A stretch of 64,000 nucleotides of DNA from Octopus sinensis (GCF_006345805.1 NC_043026.1:1054001-1118000), one strand, 5' to 3'; counted from the stretch's first letter, positions 10,848 to 22,519 are shown. Translations and numbers: made by a program. The notes: generated from the sequence alone by a model not told the origin.

Positions 10848-13800
10848 TTGTCTATGAATTCTGCCAAATGCGAGTTTTCTTTTCAGGTACATGAAGCTAC
10901 TGTCCACCGTCCCATGGTCTCTAGGGCCCATACCTCCCACACCCTCAGGGTTGGCACCCTCAACGTTGGCACACTGAAAGGTAGGTCTAGTGAGATAGAC
11001 GAGATGCTTGAACAGAGATGTGTTGATATATGCTGCATCCAAGAAGTGAGGTGGAGAGGAGGTTCTGCTAGGTTCCTCACAGGCAAGGAACACAGGTACA
11101 AGATTTTCTGGGCAGGGAACACTGACGGGGTCGGGGTGTGGTTATACTTCTTGTTGAAAAATGGGTAGATAAGGTAATTGAAGTAGTCAGAGTATGCGAC
11201 AGAATACTTAAGATTAGATTAATACTTCACCATGGGTTAGCAACCATTATATCGGCCTATGCCCCTCAGCCGGGGCTACCCAATAGACAGAAAGACCGAT
11301 TCTATGACACCCTACTGCAGACTACCTCGTTGATGAATGACAGGGACCTTCTTTTTGTGGCTGGTGACTTCAATGCATGCTGGACAACATGGAGGCTATG
11401 GCTATGGTTCCCGCAACAAGGAGGGAACCAAGCTGCTGGAGTTCTGCGATGCAAATGATCTTATGGTTTGCAACACTAACTTCAGGAAACCTACCAGTCA
11501 CCTACCAATCGGGCCGACATACTAGCCAAATTGACAACACCCTTGCCAGAAAAAGGGAAAGATGGCTGCTTATAAATGCCAAAACCTTCTCAGGTGAAGA
11601 GTGTATCCCACAACATAGACTGGTAGTTAGTGACTTTAGGATCAGGTCTAAGTGGACGCCCAGAAGACGACCAACATGGAAAAGAAGGGTCTGGAAGCTT
11701 AAAGATCTTGCGAATGGACAGAGATTTAGAGACATATTACTCAAAGCCTTTGATGAAATAGATGAGGATATAGATTTACATAGTGTAGAAGACAACAGGA
11801 GGTCTCTAAGGGACAACCTGTTGACAGCCACTGACCAGATCTGTGGCTGGTGCAAAGTCCCCTCTAGACCCAAAATAACGTGGTGGTGGAACAATGTTGT
11901 AGACAGGGCTATTAGAGAAAAGAGACAGGCTTGGAAGGACTGGAAGAATGGTGGTAGCAGGGAAGTGTATCAGACTGCCAAAAGAGAAGCTAGGAGACAG
12001 GTTTATTTAGCCAGAAGGGAAGCAGATAAGAAAAATTTTGCCAATGTTCTGCACCATGAGGACGAAAGACTTGAGGTATTTCGTGTTGCAAGACAGTGTG
12101 TGAGAGAGAATCGTGATGTGGTAGGAGAGAAATGTATTTGCATGGAGGATGGTACATTTGCGCTAAATGAGGATGCAAAGAGAGAGGTTTGGAGACACCA
12201 CTATGAAAGGTTGCTGAATAAAGAAAATGAATGGGATAAAGAGAGTCTGCCGAATGTCGACCCAACAGAGGGACCAGCTATCCGAGTTGACAGTTATTTG
12301 GTAGTTAAGGCAATTAGAAGCATGAAGACAGGGAAAGCCCCAGGCCCATCAGCTATTACTGCAGAGATGCTCAAAATATCTGGTAGTGTCGGCTATAGCC
12401 TAGTCACCCGTATAGTTAACCAGGTGTTACACGAAGGAGTCATACCCAATACTGGTGTAGCAACACCATAGTCAACTGCTACAAACGTAAAGGTGACGCT
12501 TTAGATACAAATAATTACAGAGGTATCAAGCTGTTGGATCAGGTAATGAAGGTTACGGAGAGAGTCATAGCCCAACTAATAGAGAGAGAGAGTTAGTTTA
12601 GATGAGATGCAGTTTGGGTTCGTGCCAGGGAAAAGTGCCACTGATGCTATATTCCTGGTGAGACAGCTGCAGGAGAAATACCTAGCCAAAGACAAGCCCC
12701 TGTACCTAGCTTTCATTGACATGGAGAAAGCCTTTGACAGGGTCCCCCGATCCCTTATCTGGTGGTCAATGAGGAAACTAGGGATAGCTGAATGGTTAGT
12801 GAGAGCTATGCGATCCAAAACAAAAGTCCTAATAAGTAGGAAGGTAGACGAACCACAAACGCTTTCAGGTAGATGGCCCTGCTCGATCTGTAGAAAAGGT
12901 GTAGGTAGAAACTCTATAAGATGCACCAAGTGTAAGCTATGGACACATAAGAGGTGCAGCAAGGTCAAAGGAAGGCTAACTAGGAAGATAGTTTTTGTAT
13001 GTGGCAGATGCTCAGGAACAATAAACACCGAAAATGCGCAATGACCAACTTCCGCCACATTCCAGGGAGAAAAACTAGAAGTAGTTGATAGCTTCCGTTA
13101 CCTAGGTGACCAAGTCAGTAGCGTGGGCGGGTGTGCTGAAAGTGTAACTGCTAGAGTAAGAATAGCTTGGGCAAAGTTCAGAGAGCTCTTACCTCTGCTG
13201 GTGACAAAAGGCCTCTCGCTCAGAGTAAAAAGCAGACTGTATGACGCATGTGTATGAACAGCCATGCTACATGGCAGTGAAACGTGGTCTGTGACTGCTG
13301 AGGATATGCGTAAGCTCGCAAGAAATGAAGCCAGTATGCTCCGATAGATGTGTAATGTCAGTGTTCATACTCGACAGAGAGAAAAGTTGGACCTAAGAAG
13401 CATCAGTTGTGGTGTGCAAGAGAGACGTTTGCGCTGGTATAGTCATGTGGCAAGAATGGATGAAGATAGTTGTGTGAAAAAGTGCCACACCCTAGAGGTT
13501 GAAGGAACCTGTGGAAGAGGTAGACCCAGGAAAACCTTCGAACTTTAGGTCTCACCAAGGAAATGACTAGAGACCGAGACCTTTGGAAGTATGCTGTGCT
13601 TGAGGAAACCCGGCAAGACAACTGAGACCATAACCCGTGGCCTCTACTTGGGATGTAGCCAGTCCACTTATGCATACCTTTACTTCTTGGGACACAAAAC
13701 TCTACTTGCGAAGACCTGTTGAGGCAACTGAAAATAAAAATCGAAATCGATCAACATCAATGGAAATTGCAGCTGTGATACCAGTGCCGGTGGCACGTAA

Positions 13801-14034
13801 GAGAACCATACGAATGTGGCCGTTACCAGCGCCACCCCGAGTGGCCTCCGTGCCAGTGGCACGTAAAAAGCACCATCCGATTGTGGCCGTTTGCCAGCCT
13901 CGTCTGGCATGTAAAAAGCACCCACTACACACACTGGCGTTAGGAAAGGTATCCAGCCATAGAAACATTGCCAGATCAGACTGGGCAATGTGCTAGCATG
14001 GAAAGCGGATGCTAAACGATGATGATGATGATGA
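10848..14034 (+). mobile_element. Near full-length RTE-clade LINE (APE endonuclease + RT), disrupted
   Basis: APE motifs GTLNVGTL, IQEVRW, SAYAPQ, GDFN; RT motifs KAPGP, QFGF, FIDMEKAFD; PHD-like Cys cluster; 3' UTR ending (GAT)n. Frameshifts, stops and an internal deletion. The true 5' end may extend further left. Confidence 0.93.
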
Positions 14035-14238
14035 TATAATGATTTCAATAACTTATATTAAGGTTTTTATAATTGTATTCTTATCTTATTTGTATTGAAT
14101 TATAACGTATATATTTATTTAACAAAAACTTACTTGTGTTTGTTAAATAAATGAAGAAGTCAACATTCTAATACCCGAAAGCTGATGAACCAACTAAATA
14201 GTTTCTCCATTTTCTTATTTGTACACACCCACACACAC

Positions 14239-14299
<61 letters not shown>

Positions 14300-14302
<3 letters not shown>

Positions 14303-15104
14303 GTGAAACATGGGCATATTATGAGAGACATTTTAAATTGTCAGAACAATTCCACCAAAAATGCCCTCATCGCATTTTAAATATAAAATGGAATTCTTTT
14401 AGTTCCAAAACAGATGTTCTTCCATCTGCAGGCATCGCCTCAATTAAAGCTATGATTTTGAGAAACCAAAGGAGATGGTGTGGCCATATTGTTTGAATGG
14501 CAGATGAACACAAACCCAAACTGTGGTGAGCTTGCAGAGGGGGAACACTATTGGTGTAAACTTAAAAAATGGTTTAAAGACAGCATAAGGACTACTGTGA
14601 AGTCACTTGGAATAGATCCAGAGGACATAGAAACCCTTGCTTTGGATTGAGCTGGATGGCGAACAAAAGTGTGGAGTGTATACCACATGCAAGACTCAAG
14701 AGAGATTTAAGGAAGAATATTATGATTGAGAATGTGAACCACAATGATCTTTTTTATGTGCACAGTTTGTGACAGATCATGCCCTTCTTTAGTTGGGTTC
14801 AAATCTCATTTGGGAAGCCATGGAAAACCTCCACCAACTATTCTGCTTATGTCTGTGCACACCTTTCAATGCAGTGTATGCCAGAAGGTTTGTAAATCTA
14901 ACAGAGGCCCCAAAAGACATTTTAAGATCCACAAAGATCAGAACTTAACTGCAGCCCTTGGTGGTCCAAATCAGATATGCAATCTATGTGGGTGTCTTTC
15001 CAAAACATTGTCTCGTTTAAAAAGCCACATCAGATGCCATGATGGTTCTAAGGTATAGGTAAAGGAGGTGGTCAAACTCAGCATAATGAGTAGACAACCA
15101 CCAT
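14300..15104 (+). mobile_element. 5'-truncated BovB-like RTE 3' end with three C2H2 zinc fingers
   Basis: ETW..Y..H...FHQKC..RILNIKW, LRNQRRWCGHI and later three C-x2-C-x12-H-x3-H motifs. Confidence 0.8.
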
Positions 15105-15430
15105 ATCATCATCATCATCGTTTAACGTACGTTTTCCGCACTAGCATGGGTTAGACGGTTCGACTGGGGTCTGGGAAGCCAGGGGCTGCACCAGGCTCCA
15201 GTCTGATCTGGCAGTGTTTCTACAGCTGGATGCCCTTCCTAACGCCAACCACTCCGCGAGTGTAGTGGGTGCTTTTTACGTGCCACCTGCACAGGTGCCA
15301 GGGGGGTCTGGCATCGGCCACAATCGGTTGGTGCTTTTTACATGCCACCGGCACAGAAGCCAGCCAAGGCGGTGCTGGCATCGGCCACGTTCGGATGGTA
15401 CTTTTTATGTGCCACCGGCACAGAAGCCAT
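15105..15430 (-). mobile_element. RTE 3' UTR fragment with GTGCCGGTGGCACGTAAAAAGCAC subrepeats
   Basis: (ATC)n tail then the reverse complement of the 13780-14034 tail. Confidence 0.85.
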
Positions 15431-15520
15431 ATATATTTATATACACTTTTACTTGTTTCAGTCATCCGACCGCGGCCATGCCGGGGCACCGCCTTTTAGT
15501 CGAGCAAATTGACCCCGGGA
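15431..15520 (-). mobile_element. SINE family A 3' fragment
   Basis: ttttacttgtttcagtcat...gcggccatg...caccgccttttagtcgagcaaattgaccccgggac. Confidence 0.7.
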
Positions 15521-15655
15521 CCCACCCCTTGTTTTTTTTTTTGTATCATCTATCTGGATGTTTTGTTGTCCCTTTTTGTATCACTTAGTTGTCCGGATGT
15601 TTTGCGTTCTTGTCCCATTTTGTATTTTATATATAGTGGCGTACGTACACTTTGT

Positions 15656-15774
<119 letters not shown>

Positions 15775-15792
15775 GATCCCAGAAAAACAGGG

Positions 15793-15864
15793 TCTCACTG
15801 AAGAATTCTCCCTGGGCAAATAAATTATCTTGTTTGCTGAATAGAAAGAAACTGCAGTCTGAGA
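15793..15864 (+). ncRNA. Type I hammerhead ribozyme fold A
   Basis: Stem I TCTCA/TGAGA; core CTGAAGA (15798-15804); stem II TTCT/AGAA plus inner hairpin GCAAATAA/TTGTTTGC; GAAA (15848-15851); palindromic stem III ACTGCAGT; GUC triplet (cleavage after 15859). Confidence 0.8.
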
Positions 15865-16029
15865 ATTTTCCGGTTTAGTAAATGTTTTTATCTTCATTTC
15901 ACTTAATTTATCAAGCTTCTGTATTCCTAGCACATATTTCGCCTTAATGTACTGATATATGAAAAATATATGGCTTGTGTTAGTAATACCAGCGATTATA
16001 ATTATTTTTATTTTATCGCAATTTGATTT

Positions 16030-16076
<47 letters not shown>

Positions 16077-16077
<1 letters not shown>

Positions 16078-16820
16078 GTCTTGCTTATTTTTACATTTTG
16101 GTTTCTTTGCTGGGAGTTTTCTTGAGAACACATTCTTCATGGTAATGGCGATTTGATGTCTATGTTTAGCATATAGGCTGTCCATTTTTAGTGGTCAGTC
16201 CTCTAAATTTTTTATGCAAAACGACTTTTAATCTTTGGATTTTTTAAATATACTAAGCCACTGGTTTTAATTGATTAATATCAATTTCTACCCTTATCTA
16301 ATTTTAAATAAAAAAATGTTCTCTAAATTGACTGCTGTAGTTTATTAACTGCAGAGTAGTTTCCGATCTCAGCACGCCAAAGTGAAGGCATTTGAAAGAT
16401 ACACTTAAATATAATTTGTAGAACTTTATACATGCTAGATTTCGGTTGAGCATTCTGTGTCTAGTTCTGGAAATTGTGTTTTATAAATGACAGACTATGC
16501 TGATGATCTTGCAGAGGTTTGTGTGTCCATATAGGTAAATATTAACAAGTGAAACTAATGGTGCATAGGTAATTGTTTTTTATTTTGTATATTTTCATTT
16601 GTCTTGCTTAGTTTTACATTTTTTTTTTTTGCTGGGATTTTTCTTGAGAACACATTCTTCGTAGTAATGGCGATTTGAGGTCTATGTTTAGCATATAGGC
16701 TGTCCACTTTTAGTGGTCAATCCTCTAAATTTCGTATGTAAAACAATTTTTAATCTTCAGATTTTTTAAAATATGCTAAGCCACTGCTTTTAATTGATTA
16801 ATATCAATTTCTACCCTTAT

Positions 16821-16829
<9 letters not shown>
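16077..16829 (+). mobile_element. PLE pseudo-LTR/retrozyme-like partial tandem (523-bp period) between (TA)n tracts
   Basis: ~230-bp direct repeat at 16077-16306 and 16600-16829, with a hammerhead fold in the spacer. Confidence 0.65.
16495..16568 (+). ncRNA. Type I hammerhead fold B (probably inactive, GUG triplet)
   Basis: Stem I CTATG/CATAG; core CTGATGA (16500-16506); stem II CTTG/CAAG; GAAA (16551-16554); stem III ACT/GGT; position 17 is G. Confidence 0.7.
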
Positions 16830-16858
<29 letters not shown>

Positions 16859-16893
16859 AAATTTTTCCAGCCATGACCATCCTGTTTTTTGTT

Positions 16894-16931
16894 TCTTTCT
16901 GTGGAAGAGCGTAAGCTTGAAACGTAAAAGA
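16894..16931 (+). ncRNA. Minimal type I hammerhead fold C (A6U core variant)
   Basis: Stem I TCTTT/AAAGA; core CTGTGGA+A; stem II GAGC-gtaa-GCTT; GAAA; loopless palindromic ACGT; GUA triplet. Confidence 0.6.
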
Positions 16932-17014
16932 CTTTTTCAATTCCTGAGCGTTATACTAATACATCTGTTTGTTTTCTACACTACCTGTCTTTGTCTTTTG
17001 TTTTTTTTGTGAAT

Positions 17015-17046
<32 letters not shown>

Positions 17047-17194
17047 CACACATATGTATACATATACACTGGATCAGTGACTAGATCGCAGTTGTGTAAT
17101 AATAGTTTTCATCCTAATGAAATAATTTTAAGTAAATCTTTTGTCCGTTATTAAAAACCTAGGATGGCTCGTCCATAATTTAATTGTATTGCGT

Positions 17195-17428
17195 GTGGTC
17201 AGTAAGTATCCAGACTGTTGTCATAATAACACAGAATGAAGCTGCTTTCGCACTAAGTTTGAACATTTTATTTCACTTCCGCTATTTCCAGCAGTGCTTG
17301 GAAGGAATGTGTGTAGCGTGTGACCATTGCATTGACCATGACAGTTTTCATTGTTCTTGACACAATGATGAGATCTTGTGTGTTTTTGGTCAACTGAAAG
17401 CAGTTTTGGCACAAACTTGGCAGGCACA
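17195..17428 (-). mobile_element. Internally deleted mariner fragment
   Basis: AKFVPKLLSVDQKHTR matches the mariner WVPxxL motif; TIR-like GTGGTCAGTAAGTATCCAGACT at the left. Confidence 0.6.
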
Positions 17429-17429
17429 C

Positions 17430-18620
17430 ATCATCATCATCATCATCGTTTAACGTCCGCTTTCCATGCTAGCATGGGTTGGACGATTTGACTGAGGGCT
17501 AGCGAACCAGATGGCTGCACCAGGCTTCAATCTTGATCTGGCAGAGTTTCTACAGATGGATGCCCTTCCTAACGCCAACCACTCTGAGAGTGTAGTGGGT
17601 GATTTTACATGCTACCAGCATGGGGCCAATCAGGCGGTACTGGCAACAACTTCGCTCGAATCTTTTATACATGCCACCAGCACAGGTGCCAGTAAGGCGA
17701 TGCTAGTAACGATCACACTTAAATGGTGTCTTTTACGTACCACCGGCAAGGAGGCCACATAGCTGCTCTGGCAACGATCATGCTCGGATCGCGCTCTTTG
17801 AACCCCGTTAGCATGGACGCCAGTCATCGAATTCGATTTTGATTTCACTTGTCTCAACAGGTCTTTGCAAGAAGAGTTTTAGTGTCCAAAGAAGGAAAAG
17901 GTACGCATAAGTGGGCTGGTTACGCCCCTGGCATAGGCCACGAGGTTATGGTCTCATTTGGCTTGCCGGGTTTTCTCACGCACAGCATATTTCCAAAAGT
18001 CTTGGTCACTAGTCATTTCCTTGGTGAGGACTAAAGTTCAAAGGTCATGCTTCACCACTTCATCCCAGGTCTTCCTGGGCCTACCTCTTCCACAGGTTCC
18101 CTCAACCGCTAGGGTGTGGCACTTTTTCACACAGCTATCTTCATCCATTCTCACCACTTGACTACACCAGCACAGTCATCTCTCTTGCACGCCACATCTG
18201 ATGCTTCTGAGGTCCAACTTTTCTCTCAAGGTACTTACACTCTGTCAAGTATGAAAACTGACATTACACATCCTTCGGAGCATACTGGCTTCATTCATTG
18301 TGAGTTTACGCATGTCCTCAGTAGTCACAGCCCATGTTTCACTGCCATGTAGCATAGTTGTTCATACACATGCGTCATACAGTCTACCTTTTACTCTGAG
18401 CGAGAGACCCTTTGTCACCAGCAGAGGTAAGAGCTCTCTGAACTTAGCCAAGGCTATTCTTATTCTAGCAGCTACACTTTCAGCGCATCCTACCCCCTAC
18501 TGACTTGGTCACCTAGGTACTGGAATGTGGCGGAAGTTGTTCTCTGCGCATTTTCAGAGTTTATTGCTCCTGAGCATCTGCCATATACAAAAACTATCTT
18601 CCCAGTTAGCCTTCCTTTGA
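17430..18620 (-). mobile_element. 5'-truncated RTE LINE (same family as 10848)
   Basis: (ATC)n tail, 3' UTR and C-terminal ORF, all reverse-complementary to the 13000-14034 region. Confidence 0.9.
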
Positions 18621-19389
18621 CATCTCATACCTAAATCTTCTGTGATAATGGAGTGAACTGAACTGTAACTAATCAGCATATCATCTGATAACTCACAGAT
18701 GGTGATTCAATGATTTCACCTTACAGCTGCACGCACATCTGCAATGTGTTTCTCAGTTCTGCTGGTTGCAAGTCTCCCAGAACATTCATCACTATTGACA
18801 TTTTTATGGCCTTCTTGAAAACTTTTGAACCACTCATACGCTTGCATTTAGCTCATACATTCCTCTCCATACACTTTCTGCAACTTTGTGTAAGGCCTCT
18901 GAGCAGATATCCCCATAACAACTTTCTCTGTCATAGTGAATGCAATAAAGTTAAAACTTAGTGTGTGCACAGCAGAATCCAAGGTGAATCTGTGCCAAGT
19001 GGCTTTATTCTGTGTGCTTTAGCTTTGTTACTATGGGATTTTCTATATTAGCCTTAGTTGTTTGATTTGATAGTCTCACATGCATACATATATCCATATA
19101 TACACAAATAAAAGTTGACCTCATGTAAAAAACCAACTTTACCCAATACAGAGACTAAAAACATAAAAGTCAAGGAGAGGTTGTTCCATTTTCCCCTTTT
19201 TTCTGGGGTTTTTTTTTTTTTGTACAGGCAACAGGCCAAAAGTTACTGGTCAAGGGAATGTCCAGTGTCTAAATGTTACGGTGAGAAAATCAATTTCCCA
19301 CCCTCCCCCCATTATTATGCATTTGGCTGCACCTTGCTATACTCAAGAAGACCTGTATTCTGAAGCAGAAGTATTAAGACTGACCCCCG

Positions 19390-19670
19390 CTGGTGGTAAG
19401 GATTGACCTGCAAGAATCCTATGCCAACGTCACGTAAAAAACACTTGTAGAAGTGGCATGAAAAAGAGCCAGTGAAGTGGCACGCAAAAGCAACCAGGAC
19501 ACTCTGTAAAGGGGTTGGCATTGAGAAGAGCATCCAGCTGTGTAAATCATGCCAAATCAGACAATTGGAGTCTGGTGCAGCTCTCCAGATTGCCAACTGT
19601 GGTCAATCTGTCCAACCCATGCCAGCATGGAAAATGGACATTAAAGGATGCTTATGATGAAGATGAATTC
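19390..19670 (+). mobile_element. Diverged RTE 3' tail
   Basis: GTGGCACGCAAAAGCA...GGTTGGCATTGAGAAGAGCATCCAGC...CCCATGCCAGCATGGAAAATGGACATTAAA. Confidence 0.7.
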
Positions 19671-20069
19671 ACACAAAAGCTTAATTTTCTTATCAAAGAA
19701 GTTACTGTAGTATAATTAATTATAGGAGGGAACACATTTGAACACAGGTCAGCTGGATTAGTCTAACCCCGTACAGGCACAATCGATAATATAGGCCTAG
19801 AAGAAATATAATGCCTAGACAAAAGACAGAATAGTACACAGCTGGTACATTTTTGATACTAGGTTTGCTGAGTCAGGTCTGACCCAGATATGCAACAAGG
19901 AAGGAAGGAAACATGAGAAAAAGCAGTTATGGATACATTGCATCTGAATAAAAGACAGGATGGTCATGGCTGGAAAAATTTGATCACGGCCAGAGATTAA
20001 TCATGAACAACATTAACTGTTAATCCTACAACACAAAGGGGCATTGGAGAAGAAGAAGAAGCAACCTAC

Positions 20070-20243
20070 CCCATTCCTGTCTCCAGAGAAATTCCAGTTC
20101 TTTCTTCTTTGCTAAGTATTTCTTGACAGAATAGTGAACTCTTTGAATCAGCATGTTCTTTAGACCCATCTGTTTCAGTAGGTATGCCATGGTTGGAGAC
20201 AGTCCAAATGGGTCAATAGACCAGCCAGCCTGAGGTTTTACAC
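20070..20243 (-). CDS. MAN2A1: Golgi alpha-mannosidase II internal exon, 174 bp, carrying the catalytic nucleophile motif (absent from the ORF track)
   Basis: (G)[57 protein letters not shown] matches the WxIDPFG nucleophile region. Acceptor ttctatcaccAG, donor GTaggt; G+GT completes Gly from the previous exon. Confidence 0.95.
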
Positions 20244-21739
20244 CTGGTGATAGAAAGAAACAAAAACAATATATAAGTAAGAACCATAATCAAATATAAA
20301 AAAGAAAAGGAAATAGAATAGAATCTCTGCTGGTTTCAGTGAGTTCTCACTAGGAACTGCCAACTGGTATTTTAGTTGATACCTTTTCTTAAAGTACCTT
20401 CATATTTTAACACACATTTTCATATTGCTTTTTTCATTTTAGAAAATGTTAACTTTTAAGTATTTAAACCAGCCAAAATATTCTCCCCGTTTTAAGTTCA
20501 AACTGGCAAGACGTAACCTCACATTGTAAAAATAAACAGATACATCATCAAAATCTCAAAGCTACAACATAATGCACAATTGATTTAAAACAACGTGAAT
20601 AAATAAGTTTACATTTGATAGAATAATGTGAATGCTGAAGTGATAAACAAATATATGACTTAATCCCTTTGTCTGCCCTTGTTTGTCCCTTCTATGTTTA
20701 GCCGCTTGTGGGCAATAAAGAAATAAGAAACTGTTGAATGGACTCTACCTGGTTACATTGGTGTCAAACTAAATCTGCCTGAAAATTACATTGAGGGTAC
20801 ACATATCCATAGCCAACTTAGCAGATATGCTGATTCAATGATTAAGGAGTGCATATGAGTGAACATATGGCTGCTCATGCAATGATATCAACATCAAATA
20901 CCTAAATGTTAGACTTGGATGAGGAGAATGAATAGGGTGCATAAAAAAAATAATAAATGAACAAATAAAAGAAAGCCGAAGAAAATATCTATGCACACAT
21001 GTATAGAAAAAGCATGCAAAGAATATAAAGTGCATAAACGAATATATCTATATGATTAAAAAAAAATATCATTATGCATACCTATTCTTTGTATCCCTAA
21101 CTTTATAAGATGCATGAGGTGAATTAGATGAAATCTGGTTTCACCCTCAATATTCACAACTTGGAAAAACACTTCCGTAGTTCTAATAGATACAGAAGAA
21201 TCTTTACCCCCCTCCCCCACTCGATTAAGCTGCCATACTTGACTATATGTAACACTGTTGACACTATACGTCATCTCAATAATAAGAAATTGCCTCATCG
21301 ACTTTACTCTTGGGTGAGAGGATAAAAATTACACCCCTCTGCCAAGCCATGTGGAGCCAGTGTGGCAGAATAAGCTCATCAAACCAGTATGATCTCAAGC
21401 TCAAATTCAAAGCTTCCACATCAGACTGTGGGTGGTAGTGAAAAGATGCTGAGGCCTTCATCCTGCAATGGACTGAACACAAGCAATCCAATCCAAACCA
21501 AAACTTAAGTGTACACATAGTAACATGTTTATGATACCCTACAGCCCTAGCCCCATACTTAATAACGCTGCAGACTTTCCTCATTTTGGGGGAGAGACTG
21601 ACACTTACTTTGATGATGTTGAGTTGAGTACACAGCTCTCTCCACATAATGGGCCTAGAGATATGTCTATGCCAGTCAACAGTTACACACATAATAGGGG
21701 TGATGCTGTTAACAGTATAAATATTAACAATACATAATA

Positions 21740-22400
21740 TAAAGTGTAGTTTCCAGAAGAACAGGGCTGTAACAAAGTTTAGAGAGCTACTACCTTTGTT
21801 GGTAACAAAGAACCTCTCCCTCAGAGTAAAAGGCAGATAGTATGATACCTGTGTACAAACAGCTATGCAACATGACAGAGAAATGTGACTACAGAGGACA
21901 TGTAAAGGCTTGAAAGAAATGAAGCCAGCATGCTCTGCAGGATGGGTAATGTCAGTGTGCATGTATGACAGAGTAAATGATTTAAGAAAAAAATTGGGTA
22001 TAAGAACAATCAAATGTAGTGTGCAAGAGGGAGGAGTGTACAGCTGCATAAAGAAGTGCTGGTCTGTAATTGTGGAGGGAACTTGTGGAAGGTGCAGATT
22101 GAGGATGATGTAGGATGAAGTGGTGAGAAAAGATCTTCAGATATTGAGTTTCACAGAAGAGATGACAAAGGACTGAGACTTCTGGGAATTTGCTGGGCAT
22201 GAGGAGATACATCAAGCTAAGTAAAATCGTAGCCATCCATATTTGGAAGGCATGTCATTTACAATCCCCACCCCATACACAAACATATAATCTGCCCTCT
22301 GTGCACAAAAGACACCCGTGTTGACCCATGTAAATAGCACCAGCACTTGAGTCACATAAAAAGCACCTGTGCTGGTGACACATAAATAGTACCCAGTGTA
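21740..22400 (+). mobile_element. Older RTE 3' fragment
   Basis: AKFRELLPLL-type region (aaagtttagagagctactacc), NEASMLCRM, VEGTCGR; heavily mutated. Confidence 0.75.
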
Positions 22401-22519
22401 CACTAGGTGCAGTGAATGGAATTACTTCCCACTCCTTTCCTGTATGTTCAGTAGGGCCATTTACCTGACAGAAAGAGGGGCTTATCTGCTTTCTTGTTAA
22501 AAACAACTTTGTACTTTGC

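Noticed and set aside
10770-10890. Apparent splice acceptor TTTTCTTTTCAG just before the RTE ORF
   Set aside because: Single observation, antisense to the host gene, with no second copy of this region to test conservation.
11502-13058. Antisense ORFs over the RTE copies (also 28932, 60278, 60737)
   Set aside because: Shadow frames of conserved LINE coding sequence.
14150-14195. ATGAAGA...CCGAAAGCTGATGA hammerhead-like words
   Set aside because: No stems I-III in the required order.
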